From Vairimorpha necatrix (lineage: Eukaryota), in NCBI GenBank assembly GCA_036630325.1, contig CP142728.1, forward strand, positions 1,054,001-1,118,000: a stretch of DNA of 64,000 bases, read 5' to 3'. The first letter of the stretch is position 1, and each line of letters starts with the position of its first letter. Both the position numbers and the translations under genes were made by a program. This document shows, one piece after another, positions 60,940-64,000 of the stretch. A model generated the notes under the pieces. That model was not told the origin of the DNA and searched no databases. It saw only the letters and a list, made by a program, of their open reading frames with translations.

Positions 60940-61265
60940 ACAAAGATGGCAAATTATACCAGAATGTCTCAAGAGCTTATCTTAAATCTTCTAATAATGA
61001 TGAATGTGTTATTGATTATCATTCCATACTCATGAAATTGAATAATGAAGATGTGCTCAATATTCAGATTTATGATGACTACGAGCAAGAAGTCAAATGC
61101 GATTATCAAATGAACGGGGTAGTTTACAAAATAGAAGATTTTAAAGATAAAATAAAAATTCATGCTAGTTTTGGAGGTCTCTTGATGATTCAGACAGTAG
61201 ATAAAGATGAGATACAAGGAATAAGTGACAGAAGTAAAATATCATGTTTATTAACTAAAATATAA
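60900..61265 (+). CDS. RPB8: RNA polymerase I/II/III shared subunit Rpb8
   Basis: IDKDGK.Y.NVSR, DYQMNGVVYK, ASFGGLLM. ATG after CCCCCT. Confidence 0.9.
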   Translation: MLVINKKYKVDAIDKDGKLYQNVSRAYLKSSNNDECVIDYHSILMKLNNEDVLNIQIYDDYEQEVKCDYQMNGVVYKIEDFKDKIKIHASFGGLLMIQTVDKDEIQGISDRSKISCLLTKI

Positions 61266-61276
61266 CAAAATAAAAG

Positions 61277-61365
61277 ATTTATATATATTTATAAAAGATA
61301 TATATATATTTATTAGATTTATATATATTTATTAGATTTATATATATTTATTAGATTTATATAAT
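61277..61365. repeat. AT-rich ~19-bp tandem repeat (GATTTATATATATTTATTA)
   Basis: About four visible imperfect units. Confidence 0.7.
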
Positions 61366-61420
61366 ATTTATAAGTCTTATAATATTAATAAGTCTTGTTT
61401 ATTTCGCCCTTGTTTTTTTT

Positions 61421-62164
61421 ATGCCATTAAAAAGAGTCAATTTTACAAAAGAAGATGCGACAAATTTGTATTTAGAAAATTACAGATATAAAATATTTAA
61501 TGAGTTGAAGATACAAGAAATACAGAAAAGAATAAAGAACAAGTTATTAAATCAAAATGATAAAGAAGAAAATATAGATTTGATATTTTATAAAAATAAT
61601 ATTTCTGGATTTAATTTGAGCGAGATGAGTGGATTTTTAAGCAATGAAGATTTAAATCAAGAAAGTCAAAATGAAGATTTAAATCAAGAACATCAAAATG
61701 AAGAACGTCAAATTGATCATTCTATTGATAATAATAATATAAATTTAAATAATGACGTAAGTAAAAATATTAAGAAAGATGTCTTAAAGAATAAATACAT
61801 AGATCTATCTGCAGAATGCAGTGAAGATGAATCAGAAGATTCATCTGAAGAAAACAGTGTAAACAGATCTTTCATAGACGAAGAAGATCAAATCCAAGAA
61901 GAAAATGACTTGTACTACGAGGAGAAACAAGAAACAGACTTGAAAATATTAAAAAACTTAAAATCAAAATTCATAAAAAGGAAATCTCAGAATTTCAAAG
62001 AGACAAATATTGAGAAAGAAGAATCTGAAGAATATGAACAAGAATTCAGTGAAATGGATTTTGAAGTAGAGAAAATTAAATTTAAGAAAATGGATTATGA
62101 AATAGTAAAAGAAGAAAATGAAGAGATAGAAGATTTTAATATAGAATTTACTAATTTGCAATGA
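61421..62164 (+). CDS. Acidic hypothetical protein (weak Mrc1-like motif)
   Basis: 247-aa ORF, CCC upstream; YIDLSAECSEDE..SFIDEE faintly resembles the Mrc1 domain. Confidence 0.6.
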   Translation: MPLKRVNFTKEDATNLYLENYRYKIFNELKIQEIQKRIKNKLLNQNDKEENIDLIFYKNNISGFNLSEMSGFLSNEDLNQESQNEDLNQEHQNEERQIDHSIDNNNINLNNDVSKNIKKDVLKNKYIDLSAECSEDESEDSSEENSVNRSFIDEEDQIQEENDLYYEEKQETDLKILKNLKSKFIKRKSQNFKETNIEKEESEEYEQEFSEMDFEVEKIKFKKMDYEIVKEENEEIEDFNIEFTNLQ

Positions 62165-62345
62165 ACTAAATATTGTACAACAAATAAATTTATACAGTAT
62201 TGATACTATTACAAGTATAAGATATTATAATAAACAAATCTAGTACTATATTAAACAAATATAATATTATATTTGACAAATCTAATATTATATTAAACAA
62301 ATCTAGTACTATTTTTTAAATATAATAGTATATTAAACATATTTT

Positions 62346-62912
62346 TTATTTCTTAAGACTCTTTATATTGGTATATTTATCTTCAAGTCTTTTTATTAAT
62401 TCTTCTTGTCTATTATCTTCTCGATTTAAAAGTTCTTCAAGTGATAAATCCAAATTGATCCCCATTTTCTTAGCAATTTCTTCTGCTTTTTTACTCTCAT
62501 TTCGTCTTTTTTTGATTTTTTTTTCAAATTTTTTATATTTTTTAATATTATTTTTTTTTATTTCATTTTTTAATATCTCCCGGATTTTCTCTTCTTCAGA
62601 ATCTTCTACAAGTATAAGACTGTCTAAAATTTTTTGCATGTCTCCTTTATATTTATTATAAGCTTCAATAATGTCTCTGAGTTCTTCCTCTGATCCTTTA
62701 TAATTTTTTATAAATTCATTTACATTTACATAAGATTGAGGATTATTTTGGATTGAAGCGTAGGCTTCTATTACTTGGTCGTAGAGAAGACGATTTCCTT
62801 TGGGGCGGTCTGGGTGGTATTTGTATCTTAGTTTTTTGAAAGAAGAAATTATTTCTTGGGGAGTGGATTTACGAGTAACATTGAGAATCTTGTAAGGATC
62901 ATTTTTGGGCAT
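62346..62912 (-). CDS. J-domain protein, DNAJC9-like
   Basis: DPYKIL, YHPDR, YKGSEEELRDIIEAYNKYKGDM. ATG after CCCCAT. Confidence 0.88.
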   Translation of the reverse strand: MPKNDPYKILNVTRKSTPQEIISSFKKLRYKYHPDRPKGNRLLYDQVIEAYASIQNNPQSYVNVNEFIKNYKGSEEELRDIIEAYNKYKGDMQKILDSLILVEDSEEEKIREILKNEIKKNNIKKYKKFEKKIKKRRNESKKAEEIAKKMGINLDLSLEELLNREDNRQEELIKRLEDKYTNIKSLKK

Positions 62913-63101
62913 ATGGGGTTGAGAAAAATTCAAAATGATAAGAAAAAGAAAAGATTTCTCGTATAAAAAGAGATATTATTCAATAAATATTTTGAGATAA
63001 GATGTAAACAAATATACTAAGATAACTAAGATCAATTAACATGTAATAAAACACACACTTAATAAACAAAATTAAAAAACTTTATAAACAAAAAAAACTT
63101 T

Positions 63102-63827
63102 TTACTCATTGTCTTGAAATATATCAACATCATCATAATATTGTAAATTATTATCAACCCAATATAACAAATCATTGATACTATCCTCATCACTATAATC
63201 AATCATCTTAAAATCAACCTGAGCCAAATCTAATATCTTCTTATACATTTTATTACCTTCAGAAAGATTTTCTAAATTTTCTAAAAAATTTTCAATTTTT
63301 TCTTTACCTACTAAATCAACTTTAGAAAAAACAAAAAACATAAAATAATCAAACCTAGACATCGAAATAAACCCACACAACAAATTCCCCATAAATTTAT
63401 TCACATCATAAACACATTGTCCTTCTAAAAAATACAAAATTGATATTTTAAAAAATTTCGAAAAATAATTAATAATATTATTCATACTACTAGTATGCAT
63501 AAATAGTTCTATTTGTCCAGGAAAATCAAATATTAAATATTCATTACTATATTCTTCAATTTCTATTTCATCAATATTTTTATATAACTCGTCGAATGCT
63601 ACCATTAAACTTCCATTTGGACCGAAATCGCATTCTTCCATGATTTCTGTAGTTGTAATGTATTTCCTAATGTCTATTAAATAATCAGTTTTGGTGTTAG
63701 TTTGTGCTGGGTCGAAATTTATAAGATTAAATTGTCTGTGGATAATTTTGCCATGTTCTACTAATTTAGAACAGAATGTTGATTTTCCTGTACCAGCTGG
63801 ACCAAAAATAAATAAAGCGTAGCCCAT
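63102..63827 (-). CDS. GPN3: GPN-loop GTPase 3
   Basis: GPAGTGKSTFC, NFDPA, FGPNG, FDFPGQIELF. Confidence 0.9.
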   Translation of the reverse strand: MGYALFIFGPAGTGKSTFCSKLVEHGKIIHRQFNLINFDPAQTNTKTDYLIDIRKYITTTEIMEECDFGPNGSLMVAFDELYKNIDEIEIEEYSNEYLIFDFPGQIELFMHTSSMNNIINYFSKFFKISILYFLEGQCVYDVNKFMGNLLCGFISMSRFDYFMFFVFSKVDLVGKEKIENFLENLENLSEGNKMYKKILDLAQVDFKMIDYSDEDSINDLLYWVDNNLQYYDDVDIFQDNE

Positions 63828-63862
63828 TTTTAAAAAAGCCCTTTAAAAAAAAAAATTTTAAT

Positions 63863-64000
63863 ATGAAAAAAATACAATTAGAACGGTTGGAAAAAAATAT
63901 TGACAGGATTAAAAATAAAAAGAAAAATGTAATAAATGGGAAAATATTGAATAGGAATGTGGAGAAAGAATGGAGAATTATTAAGAAGACGAGTAGAAGA
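63863..64000 (+). CDS. Partial ORF running off the window end (MKKIQLERLEK...)
   Basis: Open for 46 codons from an ATG downstream of a C-run, divergent from GPN3. Confidence 0.45.
   Translation, partial: MKKIQLERLEKNIDRIKNKKKNVINGKILNRNVEKEWRIIKKTSRR

Noticed and set aside
61277-62340. CRISPR-like spaced repeats in AT-rich intergenic DNA
   Set aside because: Simple low-complexity tandem repeats in a eukaryotic context, with no unique spacers or cas genes.
16441-63827. Apparent clustering of Pol II-related genes (XPB, Tfb4, Fcp1, Rpb8, GPN3)
   Set aside because: Spread over 47 kb among unrelated genes; plausible by chance in a reduced genome.

Overview
AT-rich eukaryotic DNA that reads as a microsporidian genome, probably Nosema/Vairimorpha-like (inferred from compact, apparently intronless, divergent housekeeping genes and a CCC motif a few nt before most ATGs). 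Recognisable genes: TLDc protein, divergent PPP phosphatase, XPB/Ssl2, eL24, secreted EEP-fold protein, RasGEF-like protein, Kti12, an alpha/beta hydrolase, two cullin copies, two HAD nucleotidases, a C2H2 protein, a dynamin, Tfb4, Fcp1 (apparently split into two genes), Rpb8, DNAJC9-like and GPN3. The intergenic DNA is rich in mobile elements: decayed Ty3/Gypsy pol, a ~790-bp tRNA-headed SINE family (7 copies/fragments, two with poly-A tails and 12-13-bp TSDs), a 727-bp TRIM-like element with 54/64-bp LTRs, a Ginger-type integrase DNA transposon containing a tRNA-like box, a Merlin/IS1595 transposon, a Merlin-like MITE and a probable Helitron remnant. A ~5.4-kb near-identical inverted duplication (26.9-32.3 kb vs 55.4-60.8 kb) brackets the middle of the window. 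Best novelty candidates are the SINE family and the split Fcp1. All family assignments are from motif recognition by eye; no searches were run.
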